Below the pieces are notes generated by a model. The model made no database searches. It saw only the letters and a program-made list of their open reading frames with translations, and had not been told where the DNA came from. A stretch of DNA of 64,000 nucleotides from Thermoanaerobaculia bacterium (GTDB lineage Bacteria; Acidobacteriota; Thermoanaerobaculia; Multivoradales; UBA5704): assembly GCA_036503335.1 (NCBI GenBank), contig DASXXC010000419.1, positions 20,363 through 84,362 of the forward strand, given 5' to 3'. Shown here in pieces: positions 53,313 to 62,320 of this stretch (its first letter is position 1; each line of letters begins with the position of its first letter). The translations under genes and the position numbers were made by a program.

Positions 53313-54227
53313 ATGAACATCGCGATCCTGGGAGCCGGCGGCGTCGGCGGGTACTACGGGGGCACTCTCGCCCGGGCGGGGAACCGGGTGGCGCTGGTGG
53401 CCCGCGGTGCCCATCTGGAGGCCTTGCGGGAGCGGGGACTGGAGGTGCGGACGCCAGAGGGGACGTTCACCGTGGCGGTCGAGGCGGTGGAGGAGGCGGA
53501 GGCTCTGCGGGGGATCGAGCTCGCGGTGGTGGCCGTCAAGAGCTACTCGCTGGCGGAGATCGCTCCGGCGGCCCGGCTGCTGGCCGAGCGCGGGGCGGTG
53601 GTGGTGCCGCTGCTCAACGGCGTCGAGGCCGCGGACCGGCTGATCGCGGCTGGCGTGCCGGACGAGCAGGTGCTCGGAGGCTTGACCGGGATCAGCGCTG
53701 TGCGGATCGGGCCGGGGATCGTCGAGCGCCGCAGTCCGTTCCAGCGGGTGGTCGTGGGCGAGCGGGAGGGCGGAATCTCGGAGCGCGCGGAGCGGATCGC
53801 CGCCGCCTTCCGGGAGGCCGGCGCGGAGGCCCGCGCCTCGGACGACATCACGGTCGACCTCTGGCGGAAATTCGCCTTCATCACCACCATGTCCGCCGCC
53901 TGCGGTCTGGCCCGCACGTCCATCGGGCCGGTCCGCGAGGCGTCGTTGGGAAATCTGCTGATCGAGCGGGCCCTGCGGGAGGTGATCGCGGTGGCCCGCG
54001 CCCACGGCGTGGCCCTGCCGGCGGACGCGGAAGCGGACGTCCTCGCGCTCGTGAGCGGGATGCCCAGCGCCATGAAGCCGAGCTTCCTGCTCGACCTGGA
54101 AGCCGGCGGCTCCACGGAGCTCGACGATCTGAGCGGCGCGGTCTCCCGGCTCGGCCGCCAGGCAGGCGTCGAGACCCCCGTGCACGACGTGGCCACGGCG
54201 GCGTTGGGCGCGGGGCGCGGGATCTAA
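53313..54227 (+). CDS. panE: 2-dehydropantoate 2-reductase (ketopantoate reductase)
   Basis: MNIAILGAGGVGGYYG Rossmann motif and ApbA/PanE-length architecture. GGAGGGGGG Shine-Dalgarno region before the ATG. Confidence 0.85.
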   Translation: MNIAILGAGGVGGYYGGTLARAGNRVALVARGAHLEALRERGLEVRTPEGTFTVAVEAVEEAEALRGIELAVVAVKSYSLAEIAPAARLLAERGAVVVPLLNGVEAADRLIAAGVPDEQVLGGLTGISAVRIGPGIVERRSPFQRVVVGEREGGISERAERIAAAFREAGAEARASDDITVDLWRKFAFITTMSAACGLARTSIGPVREASLGNLLIERALREVIAVARAHGVALPADAEADVLALVSGMPSAMKPSFLLDLEAGGSTELDDLSGAVSRLGRQAGVETPVHDVATAALGAGRGI

Positions 54228-54871
54228 GGCAGCCGCTGCGCCAGCAGCCATTCGATCACGGCCGGATCCTCGTAGGTGCGGCTCCAGGCGTCGTGGCCGG
54301 CGTCGGGATAGATCGTGAGCCTCACGTTGCCACCGCAGCCTTCCAGGCGCCGGGCGAGCGCCTCGGACCAGGAGACGGGGATCACGTCGTCCTGGCGGCC
54401 ATGGACGATCCAGACCGGCACGTCCTTCAACTGGCAGACCTCCACCGGATTGCCGCCGCCGCTGATCACCAGCAGCGCCGCGAAGCGGTCGGGCGTCGCG
54501 ACACCCAAATCCCAGGCGCCGAACGCCCCCATGCTGATGCCGGTGAGGTAGACGCGGTCGCGATCGACCCACAGCGTGGTCTCGAGCTCGTCGAGCAGGT
54601 AGGTCAGGGGCTCCTCGTTCCAGACCTGCCCTTCCGGGATCTGCGGCGCCACCAGGACGAACGGGAAGCTCCGCCCGGAGGCGGCGAGCTTCGGCAGCCC
54701 CTGCCGCTCCAGCTTCTTCAGATCGGTGCCCCGTTCGCCGGAGCCGTGAAGGAAAAGCACCAGCGGCCACGACTTGCGGGCGGTCTTGTGCTCCTCCGGC
54801 AGGTAGCGGAGATAGGGGAGGTCGAAGCTGCGGGCGGCGGTGACGTGGTAGTCGTGCTCGGTGGCTTGCAT
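54224..54871 (-). CDS. Alpha/beta hydrolase (phospholipase/carboxylesterase family)
   Basis: LFLHGSGERG, GISMGA (GxSxG) and HGRQDDVIP. Confidence 0.85.
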   Translation of the reverse strand: MQATEHDYHVTAARSFDLPYLRYLPEEHKTARKSWPLVLFLHGSGERGTDLKKLERQGLPKLAASGRSFPFVLVAPQIPEGQVWNEEPLTYLLDELETTLWVDRDRVYLTGISMGAFGAWDLGVATPDRFAALLVISGGGNPVEVCQLKDVPVWIVHGRQDDVIPVSWSEALARRLEGCGGNVRLTIYPDAGHDAWSRTYEDPAVIEWLLAQRLP

Positions 54872-54948
54872 GGCGATCCTGGATAGAGACGCGCAGATTC
54901 GGAAATGGTATCAGGCGCCTCGGCCCGCGCTCCAAGCAAGTAGGATAG

Positions 54949-55812
54949 TTGCTCTTGAGCCCGTCCGCTCTCCTCCTGTTGCTCGTCGCGGCCGCCGTGC
55001 ACGCGGGCTGGAACCTGCTGGTGAAGCAGGCCGGCGAGAAGCACATCTTCTCCTGGTGGGCCCTGGTGACCGGCTCTCTCCTGTTCGTGCCCCTCGTCCT
55101 CTGGGGCGCGCCGTGGCCCGCCCGGGTCTGGCCGTACGCGCTCGCCAGCGGTCTGGCGGAGGCGGGGTACTTCGCCCTGCTCGCGTGGGCCTATCGCCTG
55201 ACGGATTTCTCGCTCGCCTATCCGCTGGCCCGTGGCGCCGCGCCCGCCTTGCTGGCGCTCTGGGCCGTCCTCTGGCTGCACGAGGCCCCACGGCCCGGCG
55301 GCGTGCTGGGCCTCGGCACGCTGGTGCTCGGTCTGATCATCGTGGGAGCCGCCCGGACGAAAGGGCCGGATGGGACGGCCGGGCGCCCCTGGGCCGGCAT
55401 CGCCGCGGCGCTGGCGGTGGGCGTGCTGATCTCGATCTATTCGGCGATCGACGGAGCGGCCGTGCGCTTCGTCTCTCCAGTCCCGTATACGGCGTTGGTT
55501 CTCGTGCTCGGAGCCCTGTTCGTCACACCTGTCGTCCTGCTCCTCTATGACGGCCGGGCTCTGCTGGCCGAGTGGCGGCGGAGCTGGCCGCGCATCCTCC
55601 TCGTGGGGCCGCTCATGCTGTTCTCCTACGGGCTGGTGCTGATCGCCTATACGCTCGCTCCGGTGTCCTATGCGGGAGCGGTCCGCGAGGTCAGCATCCT
55701 GTTCGCGGCGCTGGCGGGATGGCGTTGGCTGCGCGAGCCGCTGGGGAGGTGGCGGCTTGCCGGCGCAGGGCTGATCTGCGCCGGCATCCTTCTCATCGCT
55801 CTCGCGGGTTGA
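54949..55812 (+). CDS. EamA/DMT-family transporter (TTG start)
   Basis: 10-TM hydrophobic profile with EamA-like duplicated halves. Confidence 0.8.
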   Translation: MLLSPSALLLLLVAAAVHAGWNLLVKQAGEKHIFSWWALVTGSLLFVPLVLWGAPWPARVWPYALASGLAEAGYFALLAWAYRLTDFSLAYPLARGAAPALLALWAVLWLHEAPRPGGVLGLGTLVLGLIIVGAARTKGPDGTAGRPWAGIAAALAVGVLISIYSAIDGAAVRFVSPVPYTALVLVLGALFVTPVVLLLYDGRALLAEWRRSWPRILLVGPLMLFSYGLVLIAYTLAPVSYAGAVREVSILFAALAGWRWLREPLGRWRLAGAGLICAGILLIALAG

Positions 55813-55815
55813 GGT

Positions 55816-56382
55816 CTAGACCCGCCGGCGGTCACGGAACGAGGCCACGATCAGCCAGACGCCGACGGCGACCATGACGAACGGCCAGAGCCGGAAGAGC
55901 CAGTCGTAATCGATGATGGTGTAGCGGTCGAGCACGGAAGCGATGCCGATCAGGGTGAGCAGCACCCCCGCCACCAGGCCGCCCTGGCCGGCTCCGGGAA
56001 CCTTCGGCAGGTCGAGGAGGCCCAGATCCTGGGCGTAGCCGTAGTTGATCAGCGTCGCCTGCCGGTAGGCGTCGATCACGTTGAAGAGCCAGAAGAAGGC
56101 GACCGCCATTCCGAACAGCGGATGCCCGCCGCCGCTGTTCGCGACGCCGAGCAGAGAGGCGATGACGAGGAAGAAGATCAGCCCTCGCATGTAGAGGCCG
56201 TTGTAGACGTTGCCCATGCCGGGGAAGCCGGAGAGCAGCGCGGCCAGGAAGGGGTTCTTGCGGCTCACGGCCGGCGGCGGCACGGGCACCGCGGCCGGCG
56301 TTGGCGCCGCGAAGGCCGGGGCCGGCTCGGGCTCGGCGGCGATCGGTCCGGCGGCGGTCTGCCAGTTTTCTGCGGGATTCAT
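55816..56382 (-). CDS. Membrane protein with a Pro/Ala-rich N-terminus and a TM2-like domain
   Basis: NPFLAALLSGFPGMGNVYNG followed by hydrophobic helices. Confidence 0.6.
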   Translation of the reverse strand: MNPAENWQTAAGPIAAEPEPAPAFAAPTPAAVPVPPPAVSRKNPFLAALLSGFPGMGNVYNGLYMRGLIFFLVIASLLGVANSGGGHPLFGMAVAFFWLFNVIDAYRQATLINYGYAQDLGLLDLPKVPGAGQGGLVAGVLLTLIGIASVLDRYTIIDYDWLFRLWPFVMVAVGVWLIVASFRDRRRV

Positions 56383-57005
56383 TTCGGTCTCCTCACGGAC
56401 CCGTCGGGCTCGTGCCGCGGGGCCTGATTGACAAGGTTTTCGGGGACGGCGTCAAAAAGGTGGCTGGAGAAGCCGGAGAGCCGCTCCAGCGAGCTCTCGA
56501 CCGACTGCCGGGCGGTATCGCCCACCGTAATGGCGGTCGAGCGCAGCTTCGCGATCTTTTCCCGTCCGCCCCTCTCGGCGCCCTGCACGAGCGGGCTCAC
56601 CTGCGCCTGGACGGTGTCCAGCACCTCGATGCCACGGTGGGCGGCGTGAGAGAGCGCGGGGCCCAGGAGCAGCGCCAGGATGGCGCTGGCGGCCACGGCG
56701 TAGCGCGGGCTGCGGGCCCACTCGGGGAGCGGCGGACGGCTCGCCGGAGCGATTGTCCGCAGGCGGTGGGCGAGGGTCTCCGGCACCGGCGCCCGGGGGA
56801 CGGCGAACTGCAGCACGGCGCCCGGCTCGGGGCCGGCGATCGCGCCGAGGCTCCGGCGCAGGCTCTCCGGCACGGGGAGGCGGACGCCCGCCGCGCTCTC
56901 CAGGGCGGCGGCGAAGGCCTCGCACTCCGGGCAGGCCCGGCGGTGCGGATGCGTCAACCCCGGAGCAAAGCGGGCGCGGAACCGCCGGCAGGGGTTGCTC
57001 AGCAC
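56379..57005 (-). CDS. Anti-sigma factor (zinc-finger type), GTG start, overlapping the sigma gene stop
   Basis: HPHRRACPECEAF (zinc-binding anti-sigma motif), then a TM segment (AVAASAILALLLGPAL). It is coupled to the ECF sigma gene. Confidence 0.65.
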   Translation of the reverse strand: MLSNPCRRFRARFAPGLTHPHRRACPECEAFAAALESAAGVRLPVPESLRRSLGAIAGPEPGAVLQFAVPRAPVPETLAHRLRTIAPASRPPLPEWARSPRYAVAASAILALLLGPALSHAAHRGIEVLDTVQAQVSPLVQGAERGGREKIAKLRSTAITVGDTARQSVESSLERLSGFSSHLFDAVPENLVNQAPRHEPDGSVRRPK

Positions 57006-57610
57006 GGCTCCACCTCCAGGGCCGGGACGGCGGCGCGGGGCGCTGGCGTGGCGAGCCTGGCGGCGACCCGGCCGGCGAGCTCGATCCGTCCGCGATGGAG
57101 CCGCGATTTGACCGTCCCCACCGGCACCTCCAGCCAGGCCGCGGTCTCCTCCAGGCTCCACCCCTGGAGATCGCGCAGCAGCACGACCTCGGCGAGGTCC
57201 TCGGACATCGCCTCGAGCTCGCGATAGACGGCGCGGAGCTGCTGGCGGCGCTGGGCCTCGGCCTGCGGATCGTCGCCGGTGGGCAGCCGCGCCAGCACCT
57301 CCTCGGAGACGGCGGCGGCGCGGCGCTCGCGGCGGGCGCGGCGGTAGTGGTCGATACACAGGTTGCGCGACAGGCGGAGCGCCCAGGCGGCCAGCGGCAC
57401 GTCGCCGCGGTAGAGGCGGAGGCTCTGATGGAGCCGCAGGAAGATCTCCTGGGTGAGGTCCTCCGCGTCCTCGGCCGCCCCCGCGAAGTGGAGGGCCAGG
57501 TTGTAGATGCGCTCGCTGTAGAGCGCCAGCAGCTCCTCCCACGCGTCCACCCGCCCGGCGGCGGCGCGGCGGGCGAGCAGGAGGTCGGGATTGGGGGGCG
57601 GAGCGCTCAT
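56999..57610 (-). CDS. ECF (RpoE-like) sigma-70 family sigma factor
   Basis: Region 2 (EDLTQEIFLRLHQSL...) and region 4 (LQGWSLEETAAWLEVPVGTVKSRLHRGR). Confidence 0.9.
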   Translation of the reverse strand: MSAPPPNPDLLLARRAAAGRVDAWEELLALYSERIYNLALHFAGAAEDAEDLTQEIFLRLHQSLRLYRGDVPLAAWALRLSRNLCIDHYRRARRERRAAAVSEEVLARLPTGDDPQAEAQRRQQLRAVYRELEAMSEDLAEVVLLRDLQGWSLEETAAWLEVPVGTVKSRLHRGRIELAGRVAARLATPAPRAAVPALEVEPC

Positions 57611-57768
57611 CTACCCATCAAGACGAAATCGGGAGGGAAAAGGTTCTCGGGTCCGCCCGGCGTCAGGGAAACCGGGCTGAGGGGAAACGCTCCGGCCGTT
57701 CGTTTCTGCCGCAGGCCCCGATGGGCGGGGCCGGTGAACAGCCAGCAGAGCCGACAAGGAGCTTTCCC

Positions 57769-58089
57769 ATGCAGACCATCCTTCCTCTCATCCCCGGCCG
57801 CACCCTCAACCATAACCAGACCGTGATGACTCCGGAGGTGGGCATCACCGTCAACCACAACCAGACCGTCGCGCGCCCGGAGGTGGGCATCAATCCGAAC
57901 CACAACCAGACCCTGGTCCGCGCCGAGCTCAACGTCCGCATCGCCAACCACAACCAGACGGTCGTCCGGCCGCGGCCGGTGATCGTCGTCGGCTTCGATC
58001 CGGGCCTCGCCACCAACCACAACCAGACCGTCGCGCGGCCGGTCCCCGGGCTGGCGTTCAACCACAACCAGACCCTGGTGCGGCGCTGA
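57769..58089 (+). CDS. Small repeat protein with seven NHNQT(V/L) motifs
   Basis: CAAGGAG Shine-Dalgarno before the ATG. The ORF is open across an 18-bp DNA repeat (caaccacaaccagacc) spaced irregularly at 43-69 bp and always read in the same frame. Confidence 0.5.
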   Translation: MQTILPLIPGRTLNHNQTVMTPEVGITVNHNQTVARPEVGINPNHNQTLVRAELNVRIANHNQTVVRPRPVIVVGFDPGLATNHNQTVARPVPGLAFNHNQTLVRR

Positions 58090-58093
58090 GGAC

Positions 58094-58936
58094 GTGATGA
58101 CGGACGTCGGGGAGGGCCAGAGCATGGAGAGCATCCGGCGGCGAGTATGGGCCCTGGGGCAGCGCGCCGAGCGCCGTCAGGAGCAGGGACGATATGGCGC
58201 GTCGGAGAGGCTCTACCGCCGGGCTCTAATTCTTGCCGAGGAGGCCTTCCCCGACGACCTCGAGACCGCGGCGCTCCTCAACGGGCTGGGCGTGCTGCAC
58301 AAGTATCAGGGGCGGTACGACGAGGCGGAGCCGGTCTACCGGCGGGCTCTGGCGATCGTCGAGGCGGCGCTCGGCCCCGACCATCCGGAGACCGCCTCGC
58401 TCTACCACAATCTCGGCGGCCTGGAGCACGCGCGGGGCCGCGCCGCCGAGGGCGAGCCCTGGGCGCGGCGGTCGGTCGAGATCCGCGAGAAGGCCCTGGG
58501 TCCCGATCATCCGATGGTGGCCGCGGACAAGGCCGCCCTGGCGGCGATCCTCGACGCCCAGGGCCGTTTCGACGAGGCCGAGGCGCTCTACGCGGAGGCG
58601 CTGGCCGTCTTCGAAAGGGTTTACGGTCCGGAGCACTACGAGCTGGCGGTGAATTACAACAACCTCGCGGCGATCCGCCAGACGAAGGGCGAGGCGGCCG
58701 AGGCCGAAACGCTCTACCGCCGCGCCCTGGAGATCAAAGAAAAGGTTTTGGGTGGCGGCCATCCGGACACCGCGCTGACCCTCCACAACCTGGCCACCCT
58801 GCTGGCCGGTCTGGGTAGATCCGCCGAGGCCGGGGCCCTCTACGGCCGCGCCCTGGCCGTCTTCGAGAGCAGGCTCGGGAAGGAGCACCCTCATACGGAG
58901 GTCTGCCGGGAAGGATTGGAAGCGCTTCAGGGGTGA
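58094..58936 (+). CDS. Tetratricopeptide-repeat protein (TPR_10/12-like)
   Basis: Repeated ...A..LYRRAL.I.E..LGP.HP.TA..L.NLA... units. Confidence 0.85.
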   Translation: MMTDVGEGQSMESIRRRVWALGQRAERRQEQGRYGASERLYRRALILAEEAFPDDLETAALLNGLGVLHKYQGRYDEAEPVYRRALAIVEAALGPDHPETASLYHNLGGLEHARGRAAEGEPWARRSVEIREKALGPDHPMVAADKAALAAILDAQGRFDEAEALYAEALAVFERVYGPEHYELAVNYNNLAAIRQTKGEAAEAETLYRRALEIKEKVLGGGHPDTALTLHNLATLLAGLGRSAEAGALYGRALAVFESRLGKEHPHTEVCREGLEALQG

Positions 58937-59493
58937 TCGCGAAGCCAGGCCGCGACCTCTTCCGCGTTGCGGTCCGGCGGGAAGACCGGATAGAAAACCT
59001 TTTCGATCGCGCCGTCCCGCGCCACGAGGGTGATCCGCTTCACGAAACGGGTGCCCGCCAGCTCGAAGGTGGGGAGCATCAGCGCGTCGATCCACTCGAA
59101 GCGCTCGTCGCTCAACAGCTCGAAGGGGAGATGGAGCCGTTCGACCGCCTCGCGCTGGTACTCCGTGTCCTGCGTGCTGATCCCGAAGACTCCGGCGCCG
59201 AGCTCCCGCAGCTCCGCGTGATGGTCCCGAAACGCGCAGGTCTGCGGCGTGCACCCCCGGGCGCCGGGGATCTCGTTCCACCCCGGCAGGGCGTCCCGGT
59301 CCGGCCGTCCGGTGTGGGGATAGAGATAGATCACCGTCCGTCCCGGCAGCGCCGAGAGATCGACCCGCCCTCCCGCCGTCGAGGGGAGGGGGATCGCGGG
59401 GAGCCGCAGGCCCGGCAGGTGATCGCAGGCGCCGTCGTCCTCCGGAATGGGGAGGTCGACGGGGAGGGCGTAGAGGCTGTCGGAGCGGGTCAT
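58927..59493 (-). CDS. Peroxiredoxin (AhpC/TSA-Bcp-like thioredoxin-fold protein)
   Basis: RGCTPQTCAF is the peroxidatic Cys context, within a redoxin-fold protein of typical length. Confidence 0.8.
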   Translation of the reverse strand: MTRSDSLYALPVDLPIPEDDGACDHLPGLRLPAIPLPSTAGGRVDLSALPGRTVIYLYPHTGRPDRDALPGWNEIPGARGCTPQTCAFRDHHAELRELGAGVFGISTQDTEYQREAVERLHLPFELLSDERFEWIDALMLPTFELAGTRFVKRITLVARDGAIEKVFYPVFPPDRNAEEVAAWLRDHP

Positions 59494-59640
59494 GAGGCCG
59501 GAAATTATAACGCCTGGAAATGTCCTGCGGACCAGGGAGATCCACCAGGAGGCTCAATGCAGGTGGGGGTAGCCGCGCCCTTGCGCCTTCCTTTCCCATG
59601 AGCGAGGATGGACCCCTGATCTCAAACCGGGATATCGAGG

Positions 59641-60012
59641 CATCGCCCTTGGGAGGGCGGGGACGAGGTCTTCGGCGGCTATCCCGAGCAGCGGGTCCAC
59701 GGCTTCACCACCAAGGCGTTCCTCAAGCGCTACGCCCTGCGCCATCTCCCGCGCTCGATCGTCCACCGGCGCAAGCGCGGCCTCTCGGTGCCGCTGGCCG
59801 GCTGGCTACGGGGGCCGCTCCAGGAGTGGGCGCGCGGCCGGCTCTCCTCACGGTTCCTGCTCGCGGCGTGCGTCGAGCCGCGGGCCGCCCTTGCTCTGTT
59901 CGAGGAGCACCAGTCGCGGCGGGCGGATCATTCCCGGGCGCTCTGGACGCTGATCACGCTCTCCGAATGGCTCGGCTGGGTGGCGGATTCCCGTCACTTC
60001 CCGAACGTATAA
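59641..60012 (+). pseudogene. 3'-terminal remnant (~120 codons) of an asparagine synthetase (AsnB) gene
   Basis: My manual translation gives ...GDEVFGGYPEQRVHGFTTKAFLKRYALRHLPRSIVHRRKRGLSVPLAGWLRGPLQEWARGRL...ALWTLITLSEWLGWVA, matching the AsnB C-terminus (ELFGGY...KQGF..P...WLRG). It is preceded by an in-frame stop and has no N-terminal amidotransferase or synthetase domains. Confidence 0.55.
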
Positions 60013-60335
60013 GCCAGCGTGTCGTTCGGCACGCTCGCCTGGAACTCGGCCACCTCCTCCAGCTTCCGATCGTCGCTGACGCGGTAGACGTGCCCCGCCT
60101 TGCCGCTCACGTTGCCGGGGGCTCCCGGCACGGGCGAGCTGGTGCGGAAGACCAGGATCCGGCCCGGCTCCCAGACCTTCTGGGGCTCCTTGGGAACGGG
60201 TCCGAAGGTGACGAGCTCGGCCTTGTTGCCGTCGATGACGGCGACCTGCCGGTAGTCCTTCCCGCAGCCGGTGACGGAGAGAGCGAGGACCAGGGCGAGG
60301 AAACAGACGCTTGCGAGAGCGGTCTTGCCAGGCAT
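59994..60335 (-). CDS. Lipoprotein
   Basis: Signal peptide with lipobox LSVTGC. Confidence 0.65.
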   Translation of the reverse strand: MPGKTALASVCFLALVLALSVTGCGKDYRQVAVIDGNKAELVTFGPVPKEPQKVWEPGRILVFRTSSPVPGAPGNVSGKAGHVYRVSDDRKLEEVAEFQASVPNDTLAYTFGK

Positions 60336-60492
60336 GAGGGCCTCCTTTCGAGACGCTCGGCGCCAGCCCGCGCCGCCCGCTTCGACCGCCCCCGTTCAGC
60401 CCTCGATCGGGGGTCCCCCGACGGCCGGCTGGTGAGCCAGAATCGCGATCTCATTGTACTCCTGAAGAGAGGGAAGTCATATCCTGTGGGCC

Positions 60493-60846
60493 ATGAAAAA
60501 CGTCCTGAAACCGGTCAGCGCCGCCACCGCCGAGCACTACACCTGGGGGGAGGTCTGTGACGGCTGGCGCCTGTTGAAGGAAGAGCAGCTCAGCGTCATC
60601 CAGGAGCGGGTGCCCCCCGGCGGCGCCGAGGTGATGCACTTCCACTCGCGGGCGCGCCAGTTTTTCTACGTTCTCTCAGGGATCGCGACGCTGGAGCTCG
60701 CGGACGGCGCGGTGACCTTCGGCGCGGGCGAGGGCGTCCACGTGCCGCCGGGAATCCCCCACCGGTTCCGCAACAATACGGGCGCGGACGTCGTATTTCT
60801 GGTGATCTCCGCCCCTTCGACGGAGGGGGACCGCACCCTGGTCTGA
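60493..60846 (+). CDS. Cupin-domain protein
   Basis: HFHSRARQFFYVLSG...GEGVHVPPGIPHRFRN are the two cupin motifs. Confidence 0.85.
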   Translation: MKNVLKPVSAATAEHYTWGEVCDGWRLLKEEQLSVIQERVPPGGAEVMHFHSRARQFFYVLSGIATLELADGAVTFGAGEGVHVPPGIPHRFRNNTGADVVFLVISAPSTEGDRTLV

Positions 60847-60866
60847 GCCTTGATCGAGGAGACGCC

Positions 60867-62072
60867 ATGAGAGCCCGAGCCCTGCTGCTGTTCCTGGGAA
60901 TCCTCGCCGGTTGCGCCGCCGCGCCGAAGATCGCCGGCCACCCGGAGCCGGTCCCCCACGCCATCCGGCGCCTGGACGGCCGTACCCTGACGCCCGAGCA
61001 GGTCGCGGCCACCGTGGAGCGGCTCATGGCCGCCGGAAAGGTCCCCGGCCTGGCCCTCGCCATCCTCAACGGCGGCGAGATCGTCTACCTGAAGGGCTTC
61101 GGCCTGCGGAACGTGGAAAAGCAACTCCCCCTCACCGAAGAGACCACGATGTACGCCGCGTCGTTCACCAAGGCGATGTTCGCCTGCCTGGTGATGCAGC
61201 TCGTCGAGGAGGGGGTGATCGATCTCGACCGGCCGATCTCCGCGTATCTGAAAAAGCCGCTCCCCGAATATGAGAAGTACGCCGACCTCGCGGGCGACGA
61301 GCGCTGGCGGCGCTTCACCCCGCGCATGCTGCTGAGCCACACCAGCGGCTTGCCGAACTGGCGATGGATCAACGACGACGGCAAGCTCGACATCAAATTC
61401 GAGCCCGGCTCCCGCTACAGCTACTCGGGCGAGGGGATCAATCTGTTGCAATTCGCGATCGAGGAGAGCACCGGGCGCCAGGTCGGCGAGATGATGCAGC
61501 GGCGCGTCTTCGACCGTTTCGGCATGACGCGCACCAGCATGGTCTGGCAGCCGGCGTTCGAAACCAATTACGCGCTGGGCTACGACGAGCAGGGAAAAGT
61601 GATCGGTCACAACAAGCGGACCGCCGTGCGCGCGGCGGGCTCGGCGGACACCGACATCGCCGACATGGCGCGCTTCCTGCGCGGCGTCCTGCGCGGCGAG
61701 GGTTTGAGCCGGCGCGCCCGGGAGGCGATGCTCTCCCCCCAGATCCGCATCCGCTCGGCCTACCAGTTCCCCACCCCCAGGCCGGAGACCACCGGCCGCG
61801 ACGACGCCATCCGGCTCTCCTACGGGCTCGGCTGGGGGCTCTTCTGGTCCCCCTATGGCAAGGCTTTCTTCAAGGAGGGGCACGACGACGGCTGGGAGAA
61901 CTACATGGTGGCCTTCGACGGCCCGAAGACGGCGATGATCGTGATGACCAACAGCTCCAACGGCGAGAGCATCTTCACCGAGCTGCTGGCCACCCTGATC
62001 GGCGACACCTACACGCCGTCGGTCTGGGAGCGCTACGTCCCCTACGACCAGAAGGCGGCGGGAGCCCCCTGA
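60867..62072 (+). CDS. Beta-lactamase-family serine hydrolase (class C / penicillin-binding-protein-like), lipoprotein-type signal
   Basis: LGILAGC lipobox, ASFTK (SxxK motif) and YSYSGEG (YxN-like region). Confidence 0.85.
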   Translation: MRARALLLFLGILAGCAAAPKIAGHPEPVPHAIRRLDGRTLTPEQVAATVERLMAAGKVPGLALAILNGGEIVYLKGFGLRNVEKQLPLTEETTMYAASFTKAMFACLVMQLVEEGVIDLDRPISAYLKKPLPEYEKYADLAGDERWRRFTPRMLLSHTSGLPNWRWINDDGKLDIKFEPGSRYSYSGEGINLLQFAIEESTGRQVGEMMQRRVFDRFGMTRTSMVWQPAFETNYALGYDEQGKVIGHNKRTAVRAAGSADTDIADMARFLRGVLRGEGLSRRAREAMLSPQIRIRSAYQFPTPRPETTGRDDAIRLSYGLGWGLFWSPYGKAFFKEGHDDGWENYMVAFDGPKTAMIVMTNSSNGESIFTELLATLIGDTYTPSVWERYVPYDQKAAGAP

Positions 62073-62170
62073 GGAGGGTGGATGGCCCGGCCCTTGCAAA
62101 GTATGTCGGGCGCAGTAGCTGTAAGCAGCCTGACCAGGCGTCCAATCACGCCGAACGCAAGGAGACCGCC

Positions 62171-62320
62171 ATGCTTTTGACCATTGCGATCATTCTGTTC
62201 ATCCTCTGGGCTCTCGGGTTCTTCGCCTTCCACGTCGCCGGCGGGTTGATCCACCTGCTGCTGGTGATCGCGGTCATCGTGATCATCGTCCACCTGATTC
62301 AGGGACGACGACCGCTCTGA
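62171..62320 (+). CDS. lmo0937-family small membrane protein (49 aa)
   Basis: MLLTIAIILFILWALGFFAFHVAGGLIHLLLVIAVIVIIVHLIQGRRPL. AAGGAG Shine-Dalgarno before the ATG. In the ORF track it appears as the tail of a longer ORF. Confidence 0.7.
   Translation: MLLTIAIILFILWALGFFAFHVAGGLIHLLLVIAVIVIIVHLIQGRRPL

Noticed and set aside
57781-58080. Possible CRISPR array (18-bp direct repeats)
   Set aside because: The repeats are too short (18 bp), the spacing is irregular (25-50 bp) and every repeat is in-frame within one ORF with an RBS. No cas genes nearby. Interpreted as a repeat-protein gene.
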